Below, in pieces: positions 28,929 to 37,660 of a DNA stretch of 64,000 nucleotides. The notes beneath the pieces were generated by a model. It had not been told where the DNA came from and did no database searches. It worked only from the letters and a program-made list of their open reading frames with translations. The DNA comes from a candidate division WOR-3 bacterium (GTDB taxonomy: Bacteria; Hydrothermota; Hydrothermia; UBA1063; CAJXJZ01), in contig JALSNX010000004.1 in the NCBI GenBank assembly GCA_026986775.1, positions 69,622 through 133,621 of the forward strand. Reading direction: 5' to 3'. Every line of letters starts with the position of its first letter. Position 1 is the stretch's first letter. A program made the translations under genes and the position numbers.

Positions 28929-30494
28929 ATGTTCTGGACTATTTTACTTGGACTTTCGCTCTTTTCCTATGAAGGGAACGTGGCGAGGGTAAGAACAGTG
29001 TACGGCGATGCAATGATATTGCCGTACGGGGCTGATGACTGGGAGTATCTCTTCAGAAACGATGTTATTACAGAAGGTGACGTGGTAAAAACTCTTGAGG
29101 ATTCAAGACTGGTGTTTACTTTTGGAAGAGGCAATGTTGTCTCTATGGGTGAGGATACAAAGGTTGAGGTCAATGCTCTTGATGATCATTTTTCTTTAAG
29201 ATTGCAGAGAGGGAAAATAAGGGTTATGTCAAGAGATGCTGAAGGTGCTGTTGATATTATGAGCACAGAGGTCTATGTGTATTCCTACAGTACAGTAAGA
29301 TTCCAGCGGCACGGAGCAATGGCAAAGGTTTCGGTAATAAGGGGCGAGGCTGATGTGGAAGGTGAAATTGTAAGAGCAGGTGAGATGGCAAGGATTTATC
29401 CAGATGGCAGAATTGTTGTAAGGAGAGAGTTTCATCACGACGATTTTGACAGATGGGCTTCAGGGTATGAAAGGCAGTACATAGTGATAAGAGAGGTAAG
29501 ATACGTTCCCGATGATATTTACATAGGCGTATATGACCTTGATAATTACGGACACTGGAGATACATAAGAGGATACGGCTGGGTCTGGATACCCGATGTT
29601 GGTCCGGACTGGAGACCCTATTATTACGGTCACTGGGTTTTCAGGGTGCGTTTTGGCTGGGTATGGGTCTCCTATGAAGAATGGGGTTGGGTGCCATATC
29701 ATTACGGTAGATGGGCATGGGTTTCAGGTGTCGGCTGGGTCTGGGTTCCGGGCTCTGAGTGGAGAGGCGCGTGGGTTGTATGGTATGAAGGGCCTTCATG
29801 GGTTTCCTGGGCACCCCTTGACCCATATGGAAACCCCATTGTTTATATAAATTATCGGGGCAGAAGAAGATGGGTGGCACCTGTGGTGGATTATCGCAGT
29901 TTCAGGAAACCTGTTTACAGATACAAACCTCCCAGAAATGGTGTGTATAAAAAGCCCGTTTATAGAACTGTCAATCTCAAACTCAACAAAGTAAATCTTA
30001 AAAAGTACGAAAAGCCCGTAATTTCGGATGTGCCATCCCACATAAAACCCGTATTCAGAGAAGAATGGAAACAGAAGGCAGAGAAAATCATAAAAAACCC
30101 GCAGATTGTCAAAAAACCTGTGTTCAAAGAAAAAGTGGAGAGAAGAAAAGATTACAGCATAAAAGTGGATAGGAATGTCAGAAAGGACAGAAGAGAACGA
30201 GTGAGAGATGAGGACAGAAATACCAGAGTAAAAATTAAAAATCCAGAAAGAGTCAGGAAAGAAGATAGAAGAAGAAATAAGAAGGATACCGTATTGCGGG
30301 ATTTTTCTAAGGAAAGACGCATTGACAGGGATAAAAGGGACTCAAGAAGAGAAAAAGACACCACGATAAGGAGAAAGCCGCATATACCTCAAAAGAGTAA
30401 AAAGGTCAGGAACAAAAGGAAGAAAGACAGAAAAGATAGAGAGAAAGAAGTTGATTTAATGAAGGTTAAGGTAAATAATAAAATAACGCCATGA
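28929..30494 (+). CDS. FecR-domain protein with three Trp-rich YxGxW...GWVWVP repeats and a ~190-aa polyampholyte (K/R/D/E) tail
   Basis: FecR-like N-domain; repeats YGHWRYIRGYGWVWIPD, YYGHWVFRVRFGWVWVS and HYGRWAWVSGVGWVWVPG. The C-terminal third is almost pure K/R/D/E. GGGAGGTGA Shine-Dalgarno, coupled to the upstream gene. Confidence 0.7.
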   Translation: MFWTILLGLSLFSYEGNVARVRTVYGDAMILPYGADDWEYLFRNDVITEGDVVKTLEDSRLVFTFGRGNVVSMGEDTKVEVNALDDHFSLRLQRGKIRVMSRDAEGAVDIMSTEVYVYSYSTVRFQRHGAMAKVSVIRGEADVEGEIVRAGEMARIYPDGRIVVRREFHHDDFDRWASGYERQYIVIREVRYVPDDIYIGVYDLDNYGHWRYIRGYGWVWIPDVGPDWRPYYYGHWVFRVRFGWVWVSYEEWGWVPYHYGRWAWVSGVGWVWVPGSEWRGAWVVWYEGPSWVSWAPLDPYGNPIVYINYRGRRRWVAPVVDYRSFRKPVYRYKPPRNGVYKKPVYRTVNLKLNKVNLKKYEKPVISDVPSHIKPVFREEWKQKAEKIIKNPQIVKKPVFKEKVERRKDYSIKVDRNVRKDRRERVRDEDRNTRVKIKNPERVRKEDRRRNKKDTVLRDFSKERRIDRDKRDSRREKDTTIRRKPHIPQKSKKVRNKRKKDRKDREKEVDLMKVKVNNKITP

Positions 30495-30703
30495 GGAAGA
30501 TACTGCTTGTTGCGATACTTTTAACTTCCGTGCCCCTTTATGCGGGGCACGGTTCATCAAAACCACGAGATTCAAAAGGTGGCCTTGTAAAAACCGTAAT
30601 AGAACTTTTAAATTCAAAGAGGAAGAAAGACACAGTTAAAAAGAAAAAGAAGAATGACAGAAGGAAGAAAAAGAAAAAGAGCAGGAATAAGAGGACTCGT
30701 TAA
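30491..30703 (+). CDS. small secreted polybasic protein (70 aa)
   Basis: ATGA overlap with the upstream stop (translational coupling). Signal peptide MRKILLVAILLTSVPLYAG, then a Lys/Arg-rich tail. Confidence 0.45.
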   Translation: MRKILLVAILLTSVPLYAGHGSSKPRDSKGGLVKTVIELLNSKRKKDTVKKKKKNDRRKKKKKSRNKRTR

Positions 30704-31112
30704 CTTTACTTTTTTACTGCTAATTTTAGTCTTTACAGGCTGTGGCTCAAGAATGCCACCACCCGGAAAGCCTGACATAGACCCACCAGAGATTAAAATC
30801 ACGTATCCTGCCCCCCAGGATACTGTGAAAGGCACAATCTACATAAAGTATTCCATTAAAGACAAGAGCCCAATTCAATGGATAGGTCTCTATGTAGATG
30901 GCATAAAGCAAATTCTGGACTCTATCCTTAGAGATTCTCTATTTTTTAAAAGTGACACCCTGTATGACGGCGTTCATAAAATAATGCTGAAGGCAAAGGA
31001 CAAATGGGACAATACAGGACAATCAAATGTGGTTCAGGTTGTAACCCTTAATGGCAATAAAAAGGAAGAAAAAGATGAAAGAATGGATAGAGAGCATAAG
31101 GGAGTTAGGTAA
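30654..31112 (+). CDS. lipoprotein (Ig-like/beta-sandwich predicted)
   Basis: Basic n-region, h-region LLLILVF and lipobox FTGC. Overlaps the previous small gene out of frame. Confidence 0.5.
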   Translation: MTEGRKRKRAGIRGLVNFTFLLLILVFTGCGSRMPPPGKPDIDPPEIKITYPAPQDTVKGTIYIKYSIKDKSPIQWIGLYVDGIKQILDSILRDSLFFKSDTLYDGVHKIMLKAKDKWDNTGQSNVVQVVTLNGNKKEEKDERMDREHKGVR

Positions 31113-31383
31113 AAGAGCAGAAAAAGAGTACGAGGAAGGAGATTTTGTTGACCTGTGCATAATCGGAAGAAAGATGTCAGAACATCTTGCGATGCTGATA
31201 GAAGATAATGGCATTGAAGAAGACATATCCGTAATAAGGGAGTTTTTTGCCAGGTATATCGGAGAAGAGGATATGTTCAAACCCTATCTCGCTCAGTTAT
31301 GGGGAGGCATACCTGATGAGGACACTGGAAAAAGGTGTATGGAGTTTATAGGGAAAATCATGGAGATTATTGAAAAATTTTGA
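31075..31383 (+). CDS. small acidic cytoplasmic hypothetical protein
   Basis: Start chosen at MKEWIES, preceded by AAGGAAGAAAAAGATG; last gene of the co-oriented run. Confidence 0.4.
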   Translation: MKEWIESIRELGKRAEKEYEEGDFVDLCIIGRKMSEHLAMLIEDNGIEEDISVIREFFARYIGEEDMFKPYLAQLWGGIPDEDTGKRCMEFIGKIMEIIEKF

Positions 31384-31462
31384 CTTATGAAAGAAGAAAA
31401 AGCGCCGTGGCAATTTTTTATCTAAAAACAATCTTACTGAAAGAAAATTTTTGAAAATAAAT

Positions 31463-31491
31463 TTGACTTTTTGTGTTCCTCGCTGTATATT
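31463..31491 (+). promoter_or_regulatory. near-consensus sigma-70 promoter TTGACT-N17-TATATT
   Basis: Exact 17-nt spacer. Sits at the left edge of the AT-rich island, upstream of a 57-codon ORF and the methyltransferase. Confidence 0.4.
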
Positions 31492-31909
31492 ATTAAAAGT
31501 GAGGGTAAAGTGTGATAAACCCTATCAATTGCAGAATAATATGAATTTATACGAAAGAGAGTAAAGAAATAATGACATATCATGATGCTTCAAACTCTTA
31601 TCAATATGCATTAAGAGATAGATACACTTTGTTATCCGGAACAGGTTTAACGATTTTGAGAGAATATCGGGAAAGGTATCATCCGAAAAAGTGGTTATTT
31701 GAAGGGGCGAAAGAAGGAGATGAAAATAATGATATTTTATGAGAGTCTAACGTATTCAGGCAGATGCAGTTTATCCGGATGCAGTTCGGAAATCACTCCA
31801 CAGAAGCATTATATACGACCCCGTAGTTCGGATATAACCTAGTTAGGCGTAATCGGGCGGTGTGGCCAAATCTACACTTATAAACTCATATGAGGGAGGT
31901 GTGATAACA

Positions 31910-32824
31910 ATGAGAATAAAAAGGATTTATAAGTGGTTCCTTTGGCAACTTTACAGAAAATCGTTCTCGTTTTGGCAAAAGTTGGGCATTCATATAACAC
32001 CTAATCATTACTATTTTCCTATTCCAGACACAAGAACCCTGAAGGATGATTTATGGCAGAAAGAATCTGAACTTGTTGGCATTAACATTAATGAACAGGG
32101 ACAACTAAACCTCCTTTCTATCTTTTCTTCCAAATTTAAAGAAGAATATGAAAGATTCCCCAGAAGTAAGACTTCTGTCCCATATCAGTATTATGTAAAT
32201 AATGGCAAATTTGAATCTGTCGATGGTGAAATTTTATATTGTATGATCCGATATTTTAAGCCAAAAAAGATTTTTGAAATAGGCTTAGGCTATTCAACTT
32301 ATTTATCTGCTCAAGCAATTCTAAAGAATAAAGAAGAAGATAGTGGTTATGAATGTGAATTGGTAGCAATTGATCCATATCCAAATGATATTCTAAGGGC
32401 CGGCTTTCCGGGTATGTCCAAGCTAATACCTAAAAAAGTCCAAGATATTCCTTTATCAGAATTTAAGAAACTAACAAAGAATGATATTCTTTTCATTGAT
32501 TCAAGTCATGTCTTAAAAATTGGAAGTGATGTTCAATATGAATACCTTGAAATACTCCCAAGACTTAACAAAGGAGTAATTGTTCATATTCATGATATGT
32601 TTTTACCAGCAGAATATCCTAAAGATTGGGTTTTGAAATACTTCAGATTTTGGAATGAACAATACTTAGTTCAAGCATTTTTGACTTTTAATGATCACTT
32701 TGAGGTATTATGGGCCGGAAGTTATATGCACTTAAAACATCCTGACAAACTAGAAGAGGCTTTCAGTTCGTACAAAAGAACTGAAAGATGGCCAGGAAGT
32801 TTTTGGATAAGAAAGATAAAATGA
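31910..32824 (+). CDS. class I SAM-dependent methyltransferase (TylF/MycF / Methyltransf_24-like)
   Basis: GGGAGGTG Shine-Dalgarno 7 nt before ATG at 31910. SAM motif FEIGLGYSTYLSAQAI, acidic/His residues (FIDSSHV, VHIHDMF). Locally AT-rich codon usage. Confidence 0.75.
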   Translation: MRIKRIYKWFLWQLYRKSFSFWQKLGIHITPNHYYFPIPDTRTLKDDLWQKESELVGININEQGQLNLLSIFSSKFKEEYERFPRSKTSVPYQYYVNNGKFESVDGEILYCMIRYFKPKKIFEIGLGYSTYLSAQAILKNKEEDSGYECELVAIDPYPNDILRAGFPGMSKLIPKKVQDIPLSEFKKLTKNDILFIDSSHVLKIGSDVQYEYLEILPRLNKGVIVHIHDMFLPAEYPKDWVLKYFRFWNEQYLVQAFLTFNDHFEVLWAGSYMHLKHPDKLEEAFSSYKRTERWPGSFWIRKIK

Positions 32825-33550
32825 CGTCGCACCGCCCGACTCTCCGTCACTTACGCTCACTTCGGGGCTTATGTTCCCGCCTAACAGGTGTGTATGCGGT
32901 TTCACTCCCTACGGTAGCTACTCCCAAATTGCGTCGCTTCGCTCCGCAACTTCGCATACGCTCGTAATGTTAAGTGAAACTTACGATTTTACTCGGCAAA
33001 GCTTAGATTAAAAGTATAACAGTGATATTTGTGGCTTACGAGTATTATCTAATAGGAGCTATAGTGAATAAGTTATTGTATATTTGGTTTAATTTCACCA
33101 CATAACCGCAAGCCTTTTACGCTCTATTTGTTAGCATCTAAATATACATCTCTCAAAGCAGCTCACCCCAATTTGCGGATGAAAAAATCCATTTGCAAAA
33201 ATTTTTTGGGTCTCTTCTATCAGAAGAGTCAAATAGAATTTGAAAAATGGGGTTGTTAGTATGTTCTCGTCATAGTTTCATGTTAGTATTTCCACGAATC
33301 TCTTTACAGCTGCTGGTTTGAGTGCTTTAAATGAGTTGTTATTTCAGATGATGGAAGGTTCAATTTCTAATCCTCCACCGGCAAGTTCTACTATGGATTG
33401 GAACATATACTGGCGTATGGTAGCAGAGTATCTGAGAGACATCGGTTTTACATCGCCTCCACCATTTTGTCCTGAGCCTTCTGATAATACATACTGGTGG
33501 TGGTATGGACAGCACGGGTAATTTAAAATTTATAAAAGGGAGTAAATAAC

Positions 33551-33775
33551 ATGGCTGGTGAAGAGTTAAAAAGATTGTACAGAACCTTCTCAATAGTTTT
33601 TGCCATCGTGTTGACAGGCCTTACTGCATGGTGGATATTAAGTGGGGAAACGGGCTTTCTTACCGATTTTTCCATAATATGGTGGGTGTTTCTTTTCTTT
33701 ATGGGAATTGAACATATGGTGGAATGGGCTTTTGGTGGTAAACTTGTTAAGAGTGTGATAGATTTATCAATATAA
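33551..33775 (+). CDS. small membrane protein (74 aa, 2-3 TM)
   Basis: AAAGGGAG Shine-Dalgarno 8 nt upstream of the ATG; hydrophobic helices IVFAIVLTGLTAWWIL and IIWWVFLFFMGI. Confidence 0.4.
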   Translation: MAGEELKRLYRTFSIVFAIVLTGLTAWWILSGETGFLTDFSIIWWVFLFFMGIEHMVEWAFGGKLVKSVIDLSI

Positions 33776-33861
33776 CGCTTCTTCTTATTTTTATATTCCT
33801 GTTATCCACACCATATTTGAAGAAGTTTTTCTTGTGGCGAGCTTATGTGCCATCAGGAAGT

Positions 33862-34074
33862 ATGAATTCGTGTTTAGTTCTCCTGCTGTTTCTTCTTGTT
33901 GTGGTGGTTTATGGGGTACTGTGGATTTCGGTTGCACACCTCCGCATAACCTATCTCAAGCGTTTGGGAAGAGAGATTACGTTTTCAGAAAGACTAAAAA
34001 TTGTCGCTGTGGTTTTAAGTGAATTTGTATTTGTTCTGGTGATGTTAAAGATGATACAGTTTGCATTGTGGTGA
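33862..34074 (+). CDS. small membrane protein (about 70 aa, 2 TM)
   Basis: Internal ATG (MNSCLVLLLFLLVVVVYGVLWI...) followed by a second hydrophobic helix; weak ribosome-binding site. Confidence 0.3.
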   Translation: MNSCLVLLLFLLVVVVYGVLWISVAHLRITYLKRLGREITFSERLKIVAVVLSEFVFVLVMLKMIQFALW

Positions 34075-34268
34075 TTGTTTAACTTTACGAAGTCTAAAAT
34101 GTAAGTTATATTGGAAAATACAGGAAAATCTCTTGTTTTGACTCATATTTTTCCATAAGGAAAGACCTATGGAGTTTCCTTAACACACTCTGTATGAGCA
34201 ATGTCTGCTTTTTCCTGTTCGCATAACCCGAGATTTCTCCTTCTTATTATTTCATAAATTATCAAAAC

Positions 34269-34297
34269 TTGACAAATCCCCCCCCCTGTGTTATAAT
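34269..34297 (+). promoter_or_regulatory. perfect consensus sigma-70 promoter TTGACA-N17-TATAAT with TGn extended -10
   Basis: TTGACA at 34269-34274, exact 17-nt spacer, TGT then TATAAT at 34292-34297. Predicted transcription start is about 34304. Confidence 0.6.
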
Positions 34298-34304
34298 AAA
34301 AATG

Positions 34305-34318
34305 TCACCTGCAGGTGA
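34305..34318 (+). promoter_or_regulatory. 14-bp perfect palindrome TCACCTGCAGGTGA at the predicted +1 (candidate repressor operator)
   Basis: Perfect dyad immediately downstream of the consensus promoter and upstream of the Shine-Dalgarno and ATG at 34348. Confidence 0.5.
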
Positions 34319-34347
34319 TAAAAATAAAACTTAAAAAGGAGGAAGTC

Positions 34348-35280
34348 ATGAAAATGTTCAGGATAGTGTTTCTGGGTATGATTGTGTCTCTATCGTGTTC
34401 AAAGAATATGAAATTGGAGGATGATGCAGTCAGCAGTTTAAAGATTTTGAAAAACATCACGGAAGAATTATCATTTAGTCTGAATCATGGCAAAAGTAGA
34501 ATGTTCATGTTCAATGATTTCAAACTCACGGATATGAAAAATGATAGAAAAATGCCATTGAAAAAGGCGGTGAATATTGGCCTTGTGAGCAGGGATGCAT
34601 ATGATAGATTAAGGGCATTAATGCCAGAAGATAGTTTTGTCATGATAATGTGGGAAAGGTGGTTTAAGGCGTGGAAAGAAGGCAGGGTTGAACCCTATAT
34701 CACTTACGACCCCTTGAAAGATGAAAGAGAGATAAAAAAGATTCCTCTTTACAGGAATGGCGTTATTGAAAAATGGATAGATTTAAGGGATTTTGATAAG
34801 TATCCGGTGATAGTTATTTCACCTGAGTGGTGGGAAGGGGATGAAAGTGCTGAGTATCTTACAGGAGACAAAGGGCCGTTTAAAAATCGTGGTGACTTTA
34901 AGACGTTTTCCAGGCCGTATATATCCCAGATCAAAATTTATGGATGGTATGATGGAAGGAAGAGCTGGACCAATCCGGGATGGAGAATGGAAATATATAC
35001 TATTACTTATCCATTGGTAGCAGATTCATTAAACCATATACAGGAAGATCACAGAGATTTTGATGGTGTAGACGAGGGATACAAAACGTATAATGTGCAT
35101 GGCAATATACACTCAGGTTACAATGGATATGCCAGATTCAGGGTAAAAGTTATGGAGCAAGATGGCGGCCTTAGGTTCAATGATGACTATGTGGGGACTA
35201 TTACCATAAGTGGGTCGTACTGGCACGGTGTAAGAGGGCAAAATGTCTGGGTAAAATGTATAGATTTTTTCTCTCACTGA
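34348..35280 (+). CDS. lipoprotein, hypothetical (about 310 aa)
   Basis: GGAGG Shine-Dalgarno 5 nt before ATG at 34348. Signal peptide MKMFRIVFLGMIVSLSCSK with lipobox. Confidence 0.6.
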   Translation: MKMFRIVFLGMIVSLSCSKNMKLEDDAVSSLKILKNITEELSFSLNHGKSRMFMFNDFKLTDMKNDRKMPLKKAVNIGLVSRDAYDRLRALMPEDSFVMIMWERWFKAWKEGRVEPYITYDPLKDEREIKKIPLYRNGVIEKWIDLRDFDKYPVIVISPEWWEGDESAEYLTGDKGPFKNRGDFKTFSRPYISQIKIYGWYDGRKSWTNPGWRMEIYTITYPLVADSLNHIQEDHRDFDGVDEGYKTYNVHGNIHSGYNGYARFRVKVMEQDGGLRFNDDYVGTITISGSYWHGVRGQNVWVKCIDFFSH

Positions 35281-35281
35281 A

Positions 35282-37123
35282 ATGTTATTGCTATTAATTA
35301 TGATTATCACTCTTCCTGCGGCATTTTTGCCGCAGGAAGATACTGTTAAAGATACTGTTAAGTTTACATATGTATTACCAGAGATAAGCGTTGTATCCAC
35401 AAGTGAGCACCAGCTTGTGGGGCAAGTAAGGATAAAACAAAGGGATATATTAAACACCCCTTCTGCTATACTTCCTGACCCACTCCGATTAATAACAGTA
35501 TTTCCTTTTGTTGATGTAGAGGATGAGTTGTTTCCTGTAAACCTTTATATAAAAGGTGGAAGGCCTGAGGAAAACGCTGTATTTATAGAAGATTTTCCGG
35601 TTATATCTCCATACCACTTTGGATTTACAACCATCCTTCCATTAACGGCAATAGATTATTATGATTTCTATACCCTTGATATGCCACCCTATTTATCAAC
35701 TTCGATGACTTCTGCAATTAATTTCCATCTCGTAACAAAAAGATCTAAGAAGATTTATATTGACCCCACCTCCTCTTTAAGTTTTGCTATGTATAACAAT
35801 AACCTTTTTAAAAGTTTTAGATTTACAACACTATCATTACCCATTATGCTTGCATATAAAATGAAGTATATACAATATTTCTGGGATATTGCTTTAAAAT
35901 ATAAGATGGATAAAAATCGTAATGTAGTATTATTTGCAGGGTATGATAAATACCAAGACTCTTATGTGGAAAATATAGATTACCACAACTTCTCCCTTAC
36001 ACTTGGAGCTCATGTGTCCAGCGTTTCAGGCCTTTATCTTGGCGCTGATTTTTTTATATCACATGACCTCAAGGATACTATGGATTTAGCTCGTTTGAAA
36101 AAAATTATCATTGGTTATACTTTTAAACGTCTGAGAATTTCAGACAGAATTTCGTTGTATTCGGGATTTCAATTTTTAAAACCTATCATAAAACTAAGAA
36201 CACTTAGTGAAACGGATAGTTTATGGATTAAGAGAGTAAACACAGAGCCATATATCAGAACTTATTTTTCTTTTGTTTATACCCCTTTTATGAGTTTGAA
36301 ACTATATTCAGGAGCCAATATATATCTTGATAAAAATAAAAAATTCGCGGTTTTTACGCCAAAAATGAGCTACACTCTTTTAAAACTGGAAGATACCAGC
36401 TTCTTGAAAGTAAGTGCAGGTATAAATTCACAGTTTGAATCAGCAGTAAGCCTTTTGCCTGTGAAAGTAAGATTTAAAAACACATTTCCAATGCAATCAA
36501 TTTATTTGCAGGGCGAATTGTTTGGAAATAAAAGTAATGCTGGTGTATTTTATAGGTACTATCCTTCAATTTATTTTATGAGGGAATGTGCTCATGAATT
36601 TCTGGATGAAGGTGAAAAATATACCGAAGTAATTGACACCCTTGTTTTTGCCCGTAAAAGAGTAATTGGAGCGTATTTATCTTTTCATAAAGATATTAAA
36701 AAATTGAGCCTGTGGGGAGATTTTTCATACATGAAAGCCTCCATCACAGAGAATGAAGGTATTTCATATCAAATGCCTTTTACGTCCGCTTTTTCGGGCA
36801 AATTTTTTGCTCAGTTGCACATAAGTAGAAAGATAGATCTAAGCATTACTGCTATCGGAAGAAGTAATGTGATGCAACCTGTGTTTTATGCATTAAGGGG
36901 AGAAGATATTATAGGTTATAGTAAACCTATTATAAAATCGCTTGGACCCTACTTTAGACTTGATGCAGGTCTCACAATACACATCCGGGTTTTTAAGCGG
37001 AAAGGTTTGCTCAGCACAGGTCTGTACAACATTATTTTTAGAAAACCAGAAGTAAGTGATATTTATGATAAAACATATTTAAAATTTCCAGTACCCTATG
37101 CAGGGCTGGAAGTAAATCTATGA
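35282..37123 (+). CDS. TonB-dependent receptor-like outer-membrane protein (plug-like N-domain plus beta-barrel), divergent
   Basis: N-terminal plug-like block (ILPDPLRLITVFPFVDVED...VNLYIKGGRPEENAVFIEDFPVIS) followed by about 500 aa of alternating beta-strand-like sequence. The C-terminus is atypical (ends NL). Confidence 0.5.
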   Translation: MLLLLIMIITLPAAFLPQEDTVKDTVKFTYVLPEISVVSTSEHQLVGQVRIKQRDILNTPSAILPDPLRLITVFPFVDVEDELFPVNLYIKGGRPEENAVFIEDFPVISPYHFGFTTILPLTAIDYYDFYTLDMPPYLSTSMTSAINFHLVTKRSKKIYIDPTSSLSFAMYNNNLFKSFRFTTLSLPIMLAYKMKYIQYFWDIALKYKMDKNRNVVLFAGYDKYQDSYVENIDYHNFSLTLGAHVSSVSGLYLGADFFISHDLKDTMDLARLKKIIIGYTFKRLRISDRISLYSGFQFLKPIIKLRTLSETDSLWIKRVNTEPYIRTYFSFVYTPFMSLKLYSGANIYLDKNKKFAVFTPKMSYTLLKLEDTSFLKVSAGINSQFESAVSLLPVKVRFKNTFPMQSIYLQGELFGNKSNAGVFYRYYPSIYFMRECAHEFLDEGEKYTEVIDTLVFARKRVIGAYLSFHKDIKKLSLWGDFSYMKASITENEGISYQMPFTSAFSGKFFAQLHISRKIDLSITAIGRSNVMQPVFYALRGEDIIGYSKPIIKSLGPYFRLDAGLTIHIRVFKRKGLLSTGLYNIIFRKPEVSDIYDKTYLKFPVPYAGLEVNL

Positions 37124-37660
37124 ACGGTTATGGAATAGCTGTTGCTGAAAAGAAGGAGAGTTTTAAACTCGGTATTGTAATTATTAAAGAAATGGAGATG
37201 GCAAGGTTTATATGGGAATTAAACATATCCGGGAAAAGGTCATATTGTTGCCTGCCACCGAGGAAGATAATGGCAGTATTTTCAGCAGGGAGAATTTGCA
37301 AAAGATACAATATTTTATGGCGTATTGGTGTACCTCAACTAATCCTGGTTCGCACATTGTAGGTGAAGATGTATAAGGTTTGCCGCAAAGATTTACTTTT
37401 TAAAAGACGGGGTATGGTATTTGCCTATCCCATGTCAGAATCACTTTACAGGAAAAGGACAGATGTAATATTGCAGAATACAGAAGAGGGCTCTTCGTTC
37501 TATATGTGAGGAAAAAGTAATAAAGATTATTATATGTATTACAGGCCTTCCTTTCGGGATTCAATGTTTCAGAGTATACTCTCTTTGGTGGAAAAACACA
37601 TGAATGAACTTAGATATGTTTAAAAACTTTAGAGATGTAACGGGGAGATTTTGAACTGTC

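Noticed and set aside
30152-30364. Minus-strand 70-aa Ser/Leu-rich ORF within the purine-rich tract
   Set aside because: By-product of purine strand bias; the plus-strand gene is translationally coupled and better supported.
31840-32860. Group II intron or retron interpretation of the inverted-repeat-flanked methyltransferase region
   Set aside because: No reverse transcriptase/maturase ORF, no convincing domain V hairpin and no GUGYG 5' end; kept only as an unclassified structured-element hypothesis.
33318-33521. Calling the Cys/Trp-rich peptide ORF as a confident gene
   Set aside because: Start is TTG or an ATG pair without a recognisable Shine-Dalgarno; retained only as a finding because the context is suggestive.
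37200-37300. Possible cobalamin riboswitch between the two TonB-receptor-like genes (GGGAAAAGG / GCCACCG fragments)
   Set aside because: The B12 box and the conserved GCCACUG pairing context are not convincingly present; only short chance matches.
37120-37362. 80-aa ORF overlapping the end of the first receptor-like gene
   Set aside because: No ribosome-binding site, odd Cys-rich composition, lies in the probable inter-operon regulatory spacer.
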